A DNA stretch of 64,000 nt from Eledone cirrhosa (lineage: Eukaryota), in contig OZ024742.1 of NCBI GenBank assembly GCA_964016885.1, forward strand, positions 93,868,001-93,932,000, in the 5' to 3' direction. Position numbers and translations under genes: made by a program. Numbering within the stretch: the first letter of the stretch is position 1; every line of letters starts with the position of its first letter. The notes beneath the pieces were generated by a model. It was not told the origin of the DNA. It saw only the letters and a list, made by a program, of their open reading frames with translations, and ran no database searches. Of this stretch, positions 14,501 to 29,114 are shown in pieces.

Positions 14501-16830
14501 GAGTGGAAGTTAACTGTTGGTAATATATAGATTTGATCAATTAGTGGAAGTTAACTGTTGGTAATATATAGATTTGACCAGTGAGTGGAAGTTAACTGTT
14601 GGTAATATATAGATTTGACCAATTAGTGGAAGTTAACTGTTGGTAATATATAGATTTGACCAGTGAGTGGAAGTTAACTGTTGGTAATATATAGATTTGA
14701 CCAGTGAGTGGAAGTTAACTGTTGGTAATATATAGATTTGACCAGTGAGTGGAAGTTAACTGTTGGTAATATATAGATTTGACCAGTGAGTGGAAGTTAA
14801 CTGTTGGTAATATATAGATTTGACCAATTAGTGGAAGTTGACTGTTGGTAATATATAGATTTGACCAGTGAGTGGAAGTTAACTGTTGGTAATATATAGA
14901 TTTGACCAGTGAGTGGAAGTTAACTGTTGGTAATATATTGATTTGACCAGTGAGTGGAAGTTAACTGTTGGTAATATATAGATTTGACCAGTGAGTGGAA
15001 GTTAACTGTTGGTAATATATAGATTTGACCAGTGAGTGGAAGTTAACTGTTGGTAATATATAGATTTGACCAGTGAGTGGAAGTTAACTGTTGGTAATAT
15101 ATAGATTTGACCAGTGAGTGGAAGTTAACTGTTGGTAATATATAGATTTGACCAGTGAGTGGAAGTTAACTGTTGGTAATATATAGATTTGACCAATTAG
15201 TGGAAGTTAACTGTTGGTAATATATAGATTTGACCAGTGAGTAGAAGTTAACTGTTGTTATATATAGATTTGACCAATTAGTGGAAGTTAACTGTTGGTA
15301 ATATATAGATTTGACCAGTGAGTGGAAGTTAACTGTTGGTAATATATAGATTTGACCAGTGAGTGGAAGTTAACTGTTGGTAATATATAGATTTGACCAG
15401 TGAGTGGAAGTTAACTGTTGGTAATATATAGATTTGACCAATTAGTGGAAGTTAACTGTTGGTAATATATAGATTTGACCAGTGAGTGGAAGTTAACTGT
15501 TGGTAATATATAGATTTGACCAATTAGTGGAAGTTAACTGTTGGTAATATATAGATTTGACCAGTGAGTGGAAGTTAACTGTTGGTAATATATAGATTTG
15601 ACCAGTGAGTGGAAGTTAACTGTTGGTAATATATAGATTTGTCCAATTAGTGGAAGTTAACTGTTGGTAATATATAGACTTGACCAGTGAGTGGAAGTTA
15701 ACTGTTGGTAATATATAGATTTGACCAGTGAGTGGAAGTTAACTGTTGGTAATATATAGATTTGTCCAATTAGTGGAAGTTAACTGTTGGTAATATATAG
15801 ACTTGACCAGTGAGTGGAAGTTAACTGTTGGTAATATATAGATTTGACCAGTGAGTGGAAGTTAACTGTTGGTAATATATAGATTTGACCAGTGAGTAGA
15901 AGTTAACTGTTGGTAATATATAGATTTGACCAGTGAGTGGAAGTTAACTGTTGGTAATATATAGATTTGACCAGTGAGTGGAAGTTAACTGTTGGTAATA
16001 TATAGATTTGACCAGTGAGTGGAAGTTAACTGTTGGTAATATATAGGTTTGACCAATTAGTGGAAGTTATCTGTTGGTAATATATAGATTTGACCAGTGT
16101 ATGGAAGTTAACTGTTGGTAATATATAGATTTGACCAGTGAGTGGAAGTTAACTGTTGGTAATATATAGGTTTGACCAGTGATTGGAAGTTAACTGTTGG
16201 TAATATATATAGATTTGACCAGTGAGTGGAAGTTAACTGTTGGTAATATATAGATTTGACCAGTGAGTGGAAGTTAACTGTTGGTAATATATAGGTTTGA
16301 CCAGTGAGTGGAAGTTAACTGTTGGTAATATATATAGATTTGACCAGTGAGTGGAAGTTAACTGTTGGTAATATATATATTTGACCAGTGAGTGGAAGTT
16401 AACTGTTGGTAATATATATAGGTTTGACCAATTAGTGGAAGTTAACTATTGGTAATATTGACCAGTGAGTGGAAGTTAACTGTTGGTAATATATAGATTT
16501 GACCAGTGAGTGGAAGTTAACTGTTGGTAATATATAGATTTGACCAATTAGTGGAAGTTAACTATTGGTAATATTGACCAGTGATTGGAAGTTAACTGTT
16601 GGTAATATATAGACTTGACCAATTAGTGGAATTTAACTGTTGGTAATATATATAGGTTTGACCAGTGTGCTGATTAGCTACAGGCAACATATATAAATTT
16701 GACCAATTTGTGGTATTCAACTGTTGGTAATAAATAGATTTGACAAGTGGGTGGAGATAAGCTTTGGTAATTTATCAATTTGACCAATGACTTGAGGTAA
16801 TCTACAGGTAACATTGAGATTTGACCAATG
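11510..16830. repeat. 41-bp satellite array, roughly 125 units
   Basis: Unit GATTTGACCAGTGAGTGGAAGTTAACTGTTGGTAATATATA (period 12601 to 12642), variant with ATTAG replacing GTGAG; degenerate edges. Confidence 0.97.
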
Positions 16831-17259
16831 ACTGTTTTACTGATAAATGAAATAATATAACCTACATGTAACAATGTCTACCCCAGCAATCTTACAATGT
16901 ATATACACTTATATACATACATACACATATGGTGGCTGCCAACTCGTTTTCGAGTACGGCCACTACTTTATATCCATGTAGGAGAACCCCTACCGATGCG
17001 CTGAACGAATGTGACTTTTTAGTCCAGCCAGCGACTTGAAAACTCTGGTACAAAGACTACACTTGTGACCATTATTGACACATAGTGCAGGGCCCATGGT
17101 ACCATGTGATGACAAGTCCAGAGAGATCTCCAGATATAAAGCAATGCCTGTGCTGTGAAGCTTTTATAGTGAGCAAAGGCACTGCACAAAGCCAGTCCCA
17201 CTCTCTTAACCAAGATGATATTTACCAAAAAGAAGAACAAGTCAACATCATTGGATACC

Positions 17260-18150
17260 ATCAGGGTTGCAGGTGTTATATCAGAGTTTTCCTTCTCCTA
17301 GAATTCTGCCTTGACAAAGGCTAAGGGGTCATCTCTCCCGGTGATTTTGGATGGCTATTGAGTCTTAAGAGCTCCCTTGCCCTTTGACAGGTTTTGTTTT
17401 TAGTCCTGCAGGATGTCCAAAGTCACCCTCCTCACCAAGAAACCTTGGTGGGGTTGCCAGTTTAGTCGCCAACGACCCGACCATGAGACAGGTTGTACTG
17501 GGATACATGTTACCAGTAGCACCAACTGGTGACCTGACATAACATGTTACCAGTAGCACCAACTGGTGACCTGACATACACATATACATGTATACATACA
17601 TGCATACATATGTACATACATCTTACATACATCATGATTTTGAGTAATGCCATTGATTTATAAATAAGCATGAGCATCACAGACATGGCATTTTAGTCTT
17701 CCTAGGGACTTACCTATGACTAGTAATAACATGCATTATAAGTCACATATCAAGCGATACCTGTGCTTGAATGTTTTTTTAAGTGAGGAAAGGCTTTGCA
17801 CGGAGCCAATCCCACTCTCTGAACATCAAATGTATTTACCCCAAAAGAAGAACTCGCCTACATCATTGGAGCTAAATGAAGTCACAGGTTTTATATCAGA
17901 GTGACCTTTTCTTAAAGAGTTGTCTTAATGAAGACTAGGAGTCTCGCGCTTCACAAAAAAAAAAATATATATATGTTGGATGACAATTTCTCCGCCCCAT
18001 GTTGGATTTTATTTTTCATCCTGCAGGGTGTGTAAAATCACCCTCCTCATCAAACAAAATTGGTGGAGTTGCCGGTTTAGTCGCCAATGAGCTGACCATG
18101 AACAGGTTGTACTGGGTTACACATTAGCTGTAGCGCTGAACAGCGACCTG
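17260..18150. repeat. Two diverged copies (about 17260-17575 and 17880-18150) of an interspersed repeat
   Basis: Shared ttatatcagagt, tcctgcagg, tcaccctcctca, ggtttagtcgccaa, caggttgtactggg; resembles an RTE-type 5' UTR/SINE (unverified). Confidence 0.6.
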
Positions 18151-18375
18151 ATATATATACAATGTCTATCTCTACAATCATCTTATATCTTCATCATTAT
18201 TCTCAACAACATTTTATATCTGTTTTTCCATGCACACTTGTTTATATACATAATATACATTTTGCAAACTCCATGTTGATAACCATGCTATATATATATA
18301 TATGTTTGTATATGCATATGTATACATAGTATGATTGCAGAAATAGGTGTTGTTACATGTATGTATATATATATA

Positions 18376-18540
18376 TGTAAATGTGGTTGGTGGTAGGAAG
18401 GGCATCCAGCTGTAGAAAACACGCCAGAAGTCCTATGCGAGCAAGACAATCACTCTTGCCTCAAGTGGGAAAACTCCCGTCCAAACCCATGCAGGCGTGG
18501 ACCACGGACGTTAAACGTTGATGATGATGATGATGATGAC
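18376..18540 (+). mobile_element. RTE 3' tail / SINE copy
   Basis: Near-identical to 32592-32754, ends in (GAT)n. Confidence 0.85.
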
Positions 18541-18565
18541 TTGTATGCATACATATAAACATACA

Positions 18566-18627
<62 letters not shown>

Positions 18628-18879
18628 TATATTCATGCCTGCATACATATATACATATATTTAACAACAGATATTTCTGCATTCATGCTATATATATACA
18701 TATGTGTATACAAACTCACATGGTTTACTTCTTTCTCTCTCTTTCTTTCCCTCTCACAAACAAATATGCTACATATATATATATATGTCTACAAAAACAT
18801 ACACACACATCACATATATACACACTTGTACACATATGCTCAAGGGCTTACTGTCTTTACTCTACCCCTATCCCAACAC

Positions 18880-21310
18880 ATCATAGTTACACATATACAC
18901 ACATGACTTACTGCCTTTACTCTCCCCACCCCACCTCATACACACATATGCTTTTAACTCACCCACATATACACACATGACTCACTACCTTTACTCTCCC
19001 CACCCAACCCCATACACACATATGCTTTTAACTCACCCACATATACACACATGACTTACTGCCTTTACTCTCTTCAGCCCCACCCCATACACACATATGC
19101 TTTTAACTCACCCACATATACACACATGGCTTACTGCCTTTACTTTCTCCAGCCCCACCCATCCACACATGCTTTTAACTCAACCACATATACACACATG
19201 ACTTACTGCCTTTACTCTCTTCAGCCCCACCCCATACACACATATGCTTTTAACTCACCCACATATACACACGACTTACTGCCTTTACTCTCCCCACCCC
19301 ACCTCATACACACATATGCTTTTAACTCAACCACATATACACACATGACTTACTGCCTTTACTCTCTCCAGCCCCACCCATACACACATATGCTTTAACT
19401 CACCCACATATACACACATGGCTTACTGTCTTTACTCTCTCCAGCCCCACCCATCCACACATATGCTTTTAACTCACCCACATATACACACATGGCTTAC
19501 TGCCTTTACTCTCTCCAGCCCCACCCCATACACACATATGCTTTTAACTCACCCACATATACACACATGGCTTACTGCCTTTACTCTCTCCAGCCCCACC
19601 CCATACACACATATGCTTTTAACTCACCCACATATACACACATGGCTTACTGCCTTTACTCTCTCCAGCCCCACCCATCCACACATATGCTTTTAACTCA
19701 CCCACATATACACACATGGCTTACTGCCTTTACTCTCTCCAGCCCCACCCCATACACACATATGCTTTTAACTCACCCACATATACACACATGGCTTACT
19801 GCCTTTACTCTCTCCAGCCCCACCCATCCACACATATGCTTTTAACTCACCCACATATACACACATGGCTTACTGCCTTTACTCTCTCCAGCCCCACCCC
19901 ATACACACATATGCTTTTAACTCACCCACATATACACACATGGCTTACTGTCTTTACTCTCTCCAGCCCCACCCCATACACACATATGCTTTTAACTCAC
20001 CCACATATACACACATGGCTTACTGCCTTTACTCTCTCCAGCCCCACCCCATACACACATATGCTTTTAACTCACCCACATATACACACATGGCTTACTG
20101 TCTTTACTCTCTCCAGCCCCACCCCATACACACATATGCTTTTAACTCACCCACATATACACACATGGCTTACTGCCTTTACTCTCTCCAGCCCCACCCC
20201 ATACACACATATGCTTTTAACTCACCCACATATACACACATGACTTACTGCCGTTACTCTCTCCAGCCCCACCCCATACACACATATGCTTTTAACTCAC
20301 CCACATATACACACATGACTTACTGCCTTTATTCTCTCCAGCCCCACCCCTTACACACATATGCTTTAACTCACCCACATATACACACATGACTTACTGC
20401 CTTTACTCTCTCCAGCCCCACCCCATACACACATATGCTTTTAACTCACCCACATATACACACATGGCTTACTGCCTTTACTCTGTCCAGCCCCACCCCA
20501 TACACACATATGCTTTTAACTCACCCACATATACACACATGACTTACTGCCTTTACTCTCTCCAGCCCTGCCCCATACACACATATGCTTTTAACTCACC
20601 CACATATACACACATGGCTTACTGCCTTTACTCTGTCCAGCCCAACCCCATACACACATATGCTTTTAACTCACCCACATATACACACATGACTTACTGC
20701 CTTTACTCTCCCCACCCCACCCCATACACACATATGCTTTTAACTCACCCACATATACACACATGACTTACTGCCTTTTCTCTCTCCAGCCCCACCCCAT
20801 ACACACATATGCTTTTAACTCACCCACATATACACACATGGCTTACTGCCTTTACTCTCTCCAGCCCCACCCCATACACACATATGCTTTTAACTCACCC
20901 ACATATACACACATGACTTACTGCCGTTACTCTCTCCAGCCCCACCCCATACACACATATGCTTTTAACTCACCCATATATACACACATGACTTACTGCC
21001 TTTATTCTCTCCAGCCCCACCCCTTACACACATATGCTTTAACTCACCCACATATACACACATGACTTACTGCCTTTACTCTCTCCAGCCCCACCCCATA
21101 CACACATATGCTTTTAACTCACCCACATATACACACATGGCTTACTGCCTTTACTCTGTCCAGCCCAACCCCATACACACATATGCTTTTAACTCACCCA
21201 CATATACACACATGACTTACTGCCTTTACTCTCTCCAGCCCCACCCCATACACACATACACACACATACACACACATACACATATGCTTTTAACTCACCC
21301 ACATATACAT
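18880..21310. repeat. 75-bp minisatellite, about 32 units
   Basis: Unit CATATACACACATGGCTTACTGCCTTTACTCTCTCCAGCCCCACCCCATACACACATATGCTTTTAACTCACCCA; 25-aa periodic ORFs in the track. Confidence 0.97.
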
Positions 21311-21497
21311 ATGGTTCATCACCTTTCCTCTCAAGCCACACATAGGCTTACACATTTATATATGTTCCACCTCCTCATGCAACCTGTTTCTTGCATACTC
21401 ACTATATCTGACAGTGTGAAATATTTAATTAAGCTAAATGAATGAAATGTCAACATCACCCAACATTGTAAATAAGCTGTGAATAGATTGCATATTG

Positions 21498-21760
21498 ATG
21501 TATGTGTTTATGTATGTATCTACAAATGTATGTATGTATGTATGTATGTATGTATGTATGTATGTATGTATGTATGTATGCATGTATGTATGTATGAATG
21601 TGTGTATGTATGCATGTATGTATGTATGTACAAATGTAATTATGAATGTGTGTACATAGGTATGTATGTATGCATGTATGTATGAATGTGTGTATGTACG
21701 TATGTATGTATGCATGTTTGCATGTATGTATGAATGTGTGTATGTATGTATGTACTCTGT
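21498..21760. repeat. (TATG)n microsatellite
   Basis: Direct reading. Confidence 0.9.
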
Positions 21761-22409
21761 ATGTTAATATGTTTAAAGGTTGTTTACACTACAAATAAAC
21801 ATTGAGTAATTTTGTTAATATATATACATATGTGTACGTGTGAATGTGTATGTGTGTGTGTGTGTGCAATATAAAATGTTAAGATATATAATTTTAAACT
21901 TAAATAATACATTTATACACATCAAATATAATGGGAAAAGGAAAAGAACTGCTTACGGGTATTGTACAATACATTACATTTATTCTGGGATCATGTCAAA
22001 ATGGACATATGCAAGGTGGAACTGGGCTGTGTTTGACAGCAATGGTGTTGATCCATCCCGTGGTATTTAAATGTATGGTCCCATTTACAGTGAAAGTCAT
22101 GAGTTCAGTTTTCTTCTTCCTTTTATGTTCCTTTTAATAAAGTGTTTTATTTGATATTTGATACTCAATTATTTTTGTTATGCAATGTCAATGGCCTTTC
22201 ATAACATTGTGAGATTTTGTATAATGAATAAACAGAATGAACAGATAAAATAATAAAGATGAGAATAACAATTCGTTTCTTCCCTGTAGGCAGTTGTGTC
22301 ATTTTTATCATCATATATATGAGTGAACTGGCAAATCTCCAGAGTAACAAGACTCATCACTTAGTCATGATAAAGCTATATATATATAATGTCTATAGTC
22401 TCTCTCAAT

Positions 22410-22668
22410 CCTGGAGGCTCACTTGGTTGGTTCTTATCCTGGTTTCCATGGCATGAAATGACTGAGAGTGCAAAACTTTCCCTGGACAGGATGCCAATCC
22501 ACTGCAGGGTTAAACCTCTGGCTTTTTTGTTTGAACTCATTTTCAGCCAAGTATGCAGTGGAAAAATGAAATAAAGTGTTTTGCCCAAGAACACAACACA
22601 CAACCCAGCTCAGGATTGAACCCAACATTATGATTGTAATCCAATACCCTTACCCCTAGGCCACATGG
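22410..22668 (-). mobile_element. tRNA-headed SINE (degraded)
   Basis: Minus strand: tgtggcctaggggtaagg (A-box-like), gggttcaatcc (B-box), gtgttcttgggcaaaacacttta, tggattggcatcctgtccaggg. Confidence 0.65.
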
Positions 22669-22781
22669 GTATTGTTCAATACATTACATTTATTCTGGGA
22701 TGGACATACACAAAGAGGAATTGGATTGTATTTAATAGCAATGGTGTTGTTCCATTCCCTAGTAGTTATATATATATATAT

Positions 22782-22980
22782 GAAAAGAGTCAGGACCCTG
22801 ATGGCTGAGCTCCGACCATTTCGACAGTTAGATCCAAACAGTTCAAATCTAGCTGTCAAAATGGCCGGAGCTCAGCCATTGGGGTCCTGACTCTTTTCCT
22901 ATTACCCACTCTACTACCCTAAGTATTGAGTATTCTGGTGCATTATGGTCCACCTGGTATCTTACCACACTCTCTTTGTT
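22782..22980 (+). mobile_element. ~200-bp hairpin-plus-tail element, copy A
   Basis: Inverted arms 22782-22898 then conserved tail attacccactctactaccctaag...ccacac; flanked by (TA)n. Confidence 0.8.
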
Positions 22981-22990
22981 ATATATATAT

Positions 22991-23541
22991 AGTATCTAGA
23001 ATAAGGACGGGTTGGCAGAAGTTTAGGGAGCTGCTTCCTCTGTTGACAAAGAAGGGTTTCTCCCTGCGTACGAAAGGACAGTTATATGATACCTGTGAGA
23101 TGCGCGATGCTGCATGGTAGTGAGACATGGGCAGCAACTGCAGAGGATATGCAACAGCTAGACAGTAATGAAGTAAGCATGCTCCGTTGGATGTGCAATG
23201 TCAATGTGTGTGAATGACCAAGAATAGACGTGTTGAGAGAGGAACTGGATATAAGAGGAATAGGTTGTGGTGTGCAGGAGAGAAGACTGAGATGGTATGG
23301 ACATGTGATGCGCATTGAGGATGACCTCTGGGTAAAGAAGTGCCAAGAAATCCCAGTAGAAAGAAGATGCAGTAGAGGAAGACAACGACAAACATGGGCG
23401 GAGGTGGTGAGAGCAGACCTCAGATCGCTGAAACTCACGGAGGAGATGACGAAGGACTGTGACAAGTGGAGAGATACTGTGCTGAATAGGACCCATCCCA
23501 CCCTTGCAAGCAGGGAAAAGTGGACGTATGATGATGATGAT
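22991..23541 (+). mobile_element. 5'-truncated RTE LINE fragment (second subfamily)
   Basis: SRIRTGWQKFRELLPLL and ERRLRWYGHVMR motifs, frameshifted; (GAT)n tail. Confidence 0.9.
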
Positions 23542-23949
23542 ATATATAGGGAGTTCCCATCTTGCTTACATATGGTAGAATGTGGACAGTATGTAAGTGT
23601 GATGCATAATCCAAGACTATGTAGGATGTGAGAAATGAATAATTGCATCAGATTAGACTCATTATAATATAAATGGGAATTTACCGTATTTCAACCACGT
23701 GTATGCTACTTAAAACAGATAGCAACAAAAATATCTAAGTCCTGTTACTCTGAAAATTTACCTGTGAGGTGACAGGGTCATATATATATATATATGAAAG
23801 TTAGTAATGCTCTGACATAACATGACATGTGACTTGGGTTCTGTATTGAATAATATACGTAATATTCTTGTAAATAACCATTTTTACAGCTTTGCTAGAA
23901 AAGTTAGAATTGGTGAAATTCACCACTGATCTTAGGAAACCAGAGAAGA

Positions 23950-23994
23950 CCACCCTAACGGCTGTTTCTGGTTCATTTACAATCTTCAGAGTGG
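23950..23994 (-). ncRNA. Degenerate minimal hammerhead
   Basis: Minus strand ccact-CTGAAGA-ttgtaaatgaacca-GAAA-cagccg-TT-agggtgg; lies between two diverged ~135-bp direct repeats (23800-23935, 24081-24210). Confidence 0.5.
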
Positions 23995-24889
23995 ATACCT
24001 CGGCTTGAATGCTAAAACATCAACTTATAAAGCTCATTTGCATACAAAGCAAAAGCTGACAGGCTCCAATTAATGAGAGGTAGTAATTCTATGACATAGC
24101 ATGTGACTGGGGTTGTATATTGAATAATATGTGAAATGTTCATGTGAATAAACATTTTTACAGCCTTGCTATGAATTTTAGAAGTGATGAATTTCACCAC
24201 TGGTCTTTAACAACCAAGGAAGAGCTTTTACTCTGTATGTAAATGAACTTGGGTCAATTATCATCATGCCAGGACTGATAAGAATGTACTAGTCTATAGC
24301 AGTGTATTAATGAAATCAATTATTAGAGTATCCAATAGGATGGCCTTGTAGTATTTTTCTGTTTCTTTGCATTCTGAGTTCAAATACTACTATGGCCTAC
24401 ATAAATGGTAAACTTAATGAAATACATAGTTTAACAACACAATGGTGCTCCTAAGACACCATCAGGAGGTATGCGTCCATTCATTCATACAATATATACC
24501 AGCAATATACTGGGAATGAGCCATATTTTTATGACTTCTAGCTCTTGGGTATAACGATTCCTGGGCCATTAACAAAGGAAATATAAAGAGAATATTATCT
24601 GAAGTTCTGATCTGCAAAACATTTAAAACATGTTGCCTTGGGAATAAAACCTGTGGTATGTGTATGTGTGTAGTATGTGTTTGTACGAATTTGTTTCTGT
24701 GTGAATAAGGTTTGCTTATAGAATTGTGTCTATGTGTAGGTATGAATATGCTTAACATTTTATATGCATTTCGACTGTTTAAAAGTTTTGAAGACATATA
24801 TTTTTTGTTAGACATATATTTTTTGTTACATATGTATATATGCATCAATGTAATATATATATGTGCATATTATATGTGTTTTATTGTTT

Positions 24890-24941
<52 letters not shown>

Positions 24942-25226
24942 TATATATATATATATACACACACACACATATATATATATGTGTATATATATATATACGT
25001 ATATTTATAGATATGTATATATATATATATTTAGATATACATATATATACATACATATATATATATATGTATATATATATGAATATATATATATATATAC
25101 ACACACACATACATTTATCATCATCATCATCATCATTTTACATCCGCTTTTCCCTGTATATATATATATATATACAAATCAATAAAACATACATATAATA
25201 TATGTATATACATACATACATTTATA

Positions 25227-25266
<40 letters not shown>

Positions 25267-25268
25267 CA

Positions 25269-25328
<60 letters not shown>

Positions 25329-25464
25329 CATATATATATATATGTGTATATGTAGATATATAGATATATACATACATATATATATGTGTATATATATAGA
25401 GAGAGAGAGAGCGAGAGAGATAGAGGGACAGATATGTATAGATATATATGTGTATATATATATG

Positions 25465-25527
<63 letters not shown>

Positions 25528-25866
25528 GTTTCTACTTTTGGCACAAGGCCACCAATTATCCCAGTGTATGCATACCAGTATGGTAAATTGGGCATTAAAT
25601 GATGATAATGATGATGACGTTTCCTCTGATATATGTTTATACAACAATAAAAAAACATATAAGTTGTATGCATATATTTCATTATTTTGTTGTTGTCCAC
25701 ACATACACACATGCAGATGTATATATATTAGTGCGTATGCCTTCAGAACCCATCATTTAGTTAATGCATATATACATATATATAAGTACATATGTACATA
25801 TGTACATGTAGGTATGTATATTTTATTCATTTGTCATTATAGTGAGTGTACTTTTATATATATATG

Positions 25867-25902
<36 letters not shown>

Positions 25903-25961
25903 CACATATATATATACATATATATACATATATACATATATATACATATATATATATATAC

Positions 25962-26001
<40 letters not shown>

Positions 26002-26187
26002 ATACATACATATATACATATATATACATATATAAATATACATATGTATATATATATATATATATACATATATATATACATATATTTCTACATATATATA
26101 CATATATACATATATCTACATATATACATATATATACATATATACATATATACATATATACATACATATATACACCCACACCAACAC

Positions 26188-26220
<33 letters not shown>

Positions 26221-26275
26221 TATATATACACACACATATATATATATACACACATATACATATATATACATACAT

Positions 26276-26318
<43 letters not shown>

Positions 26319-26810
26319 CATATATATATATGTATACACACACACACACACATATATGTGTACACATATATATATAAACATATTATCTATGTATTACTTT
26401 TAGTTGATCAAGAAATAATAATCAAAAAATATAATAAGTTCCATGTCTTTTTTTTTAGTTCACTTTTAGTCAATACACAAGTAGACTAAATAATAATTTT
26501 TTTTTAAACACACTTCTCTTATATACATTGGTGAACTCCATAACTTTTTTACTGATATGTTTTTAGCTTGCTGCTGTTATTGCTTCTGATAATGCTCTTA
26601 TTGGTCTTTTGTTTTATTACAAATTCTTTTATGGTCTCCTATAACATGAAAAATATATTTTCCTTTCCCTCTGACCAAATATATTCTTCAGCACTGGGTC
26701 ACTTATTTGAGTTATTGGTAGATTTACGATTTTATTGTGCTTCGAATGCATATATACATCTCTGTCTGCACCTCCCGGTCTCTTTTTTCTCTCTCTGTGT
26801 AAATATATAT

Positions 26811-26843
<33 letters not shown>

Positions 26844-26923
26844 CACACACAACATATATATATATATATTTATTTATATATATATATGCGTATCTATATC
26901 TCTCTCTCTCTCTATATATATAT

Positions 26924-26957
<34 letters not shown>

Positions 26958-27139
26958 GCGTATGCATATATATATATATACACTCACACATATGTATGTG
27001 TATGTATATATGTATGTGTTTATACTCTTTCAAAATCTATAACTTGTGAAGGAGAAAGTTTCCAGTATGCAAGATAAAAACATCACAAAGTTGTCTACAA
27101 CCATAAATTCACAAACACACACACCCACGCACACACGCG

Positions 27140-27184
<45 letters not shown>

Positions 27185-27200
27185 ATACACACATATATAT
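24890..27200. repeat. Compound TA/CA microsatellite cluster
   Basis: Direct reading; source of the IYIY pseudo-ORFs. Confidence 0.9.
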
Positions 27201-27754
27201 ACATGTGCATGTGTGTGCTTATTCTTTCATTCATGAGTGAACGTTTTTTTTTCTCTTCAATCTTACTTCTATTTCTTTGTACATATGTTCTATTTAAAAT
27301 TTAAATATCTCTAACTATAAATTGATGTACACATTTCAGGAACAGGAGAGCAAAGATTAAATAAAACTAAAGCTAACATTATATATCTTCATTGTTAAAA
27401 TGAATTACAGCAATATATCACTTTTGCATAAATATTCCTATCCGACACATGCCAGAACAGAGTGTTAAATCTACAGTTTCGAGCTATGATGCAATCTCAC
27501 ATGAGGTTTCTCAGACGTTTCCTATGATAAGAGTCTCAGTCCTAACGGGAAAACAATGTAAAATAAAGTATCTTGCTCAAGAAAACAATACAATACTCTG
27601 TTCTGGAAACAAGCACATTTTATGATCATGATTCTAATATCATAATAATTAGGTCACATGCCTTTAGTATGGAAAACTGATGCATGATGATGACGATGAT
27701 GATGATGATGATGTTGAATCAAGGATCTATTATTTCAATATTATTACTTTGAAT

Positions 27755-27930
27755 AGCGGTGGATTGGCAGTATCGGTAGTGGGTCGGATGCCATGCTTTG
27801 ATGCATAGAGTTACGGCTCTTGCCATTCTGAGTTCAAATCCCGCCGAGGTTAATTTACGGGGTTGATAAAACAAAGTACCAATAATGCACTGGGTAATTG
27901 CTGGCCTTGAGCCAAAAACTAGAAACAATT
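27755..27930 (+). mobile_element. tRNA-derived SINE
   Basis: A-box-like tggcagtatcgg, B-box gagttcaaatccc, 3' ctggccttg-gccaaaa-tagaaacaatt; same family as 31461-31650 and 42939-43127. Confidence 0.8.
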
Positions 27931-29114
27931 ATTACTTTGAGTTCTGAGGTCGAAAAAAAAAAAGCAAAAAAAAGCACCCACACAGTCATCCTTCTATCAG
28001 ATTTCTCAGAACTAAATCTATAGCTAAGATATTTTATATATTTTCATTATTAAACTACCTTTATTAAACTACTTCTGAAGTTTTAGAAAACTATTTCATG
28101 TTGTTCAGAGTTTCTGAAAAATAAATCAACAAGCCACCCACCTGGCCATCTTCTTATCACATTCCCCAGGTCTGATACCAAACTGCCTGAGATCACCTTC
28201 TATATATGGTACAGAACTGCCTATTGTAAAAATGGTTATAATATTTTGTGATATCATATATTCATATATTTTTCATATATATTTTTTCCTCATAGATTCA
28301 TTTTGCTCAAGTCACTTATTTTTTAAAATAAATTTGGGTATTTTACTTATTGTGGTTTATAGTATACAGAATAGGAACTAGATATCTTGTGTTCTTTGTC
28401 TTTAGTTGTTTCACTCTTTTTTCTTAAATAGTTTAGTATTTCATTTAATTTTAATTATGTTTGATATTTGAGTATGTATATTATGTTTATTTGAAAATGT
28501 ATGACATCATATCATCTTGGGGGAATTGCTTGAGGGTTTAACGTCAAGGGTATACAAGAGAGGGTGGAGAAAGGCCTATTACATAATGGTGTTATACTCA
28601 CTGTAGGTAATAATGGATATTTAATGTCTATTCTTATACAGCAACTGTGTAATTTGACGGTTGCAGCTTGAAAACGTCTGTCTCCCCATTATTCATATTT
28701 AGAGCTGGTTAGGGGTTGGGATATGTGGATGATATCTAAGGTAGGTATTTTGGGGGGATGTGTTGGCTCAAATGTGGATATTTAGTTCATGATTGGCTCA
28801 GTTTTTATGAATGTAATTTTTACGAGTTTAGAATCTGAAGCTCTTATACACTAGATGCATTGTTTATTGTTGGCTTTGTTTTCCAAGAGCATTGTTTACA
28901 TATAAGTCATTTGATAATTACTTGCATTTGTTCTATATATGTATATAGTGTAAGTGTATGTATATTTAGGGTAGTTATCGAAGGTGAATAGAGCGGTTGG
29001 AGCAAAAATGGTCTTATTTACATATATATATATAAATGAAGTAATTCCGTCGGAATATATATATATATGTTTTGACAATGAAAACAAAAGGCAAAGATTG
29101 GTGCTTAATTAGTT

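Noticed and set aside
11510-16830. CRISPR-like regular repeat array
   Set aside because: Units are contiguous with no unique spacers, no cas genes, eukaryotic context; it is a satellite
19051-21445. Repetitive His/Pro/Thr-rich protein ORFs
   Set aside because: By-product of the 75-bp minisatellite; frames broken by frequent 1-bp indels
21955-22770. Diverged ~110-bp direct repeats (21955-22075, 22665-22770) as LTRs
   Set aside because: No TG...CA ends, PBS, PPT or coding interior
28500-29000. Possible degraded retroelement coding sequence
   Set aside because: No motif could be recovered by manual translation
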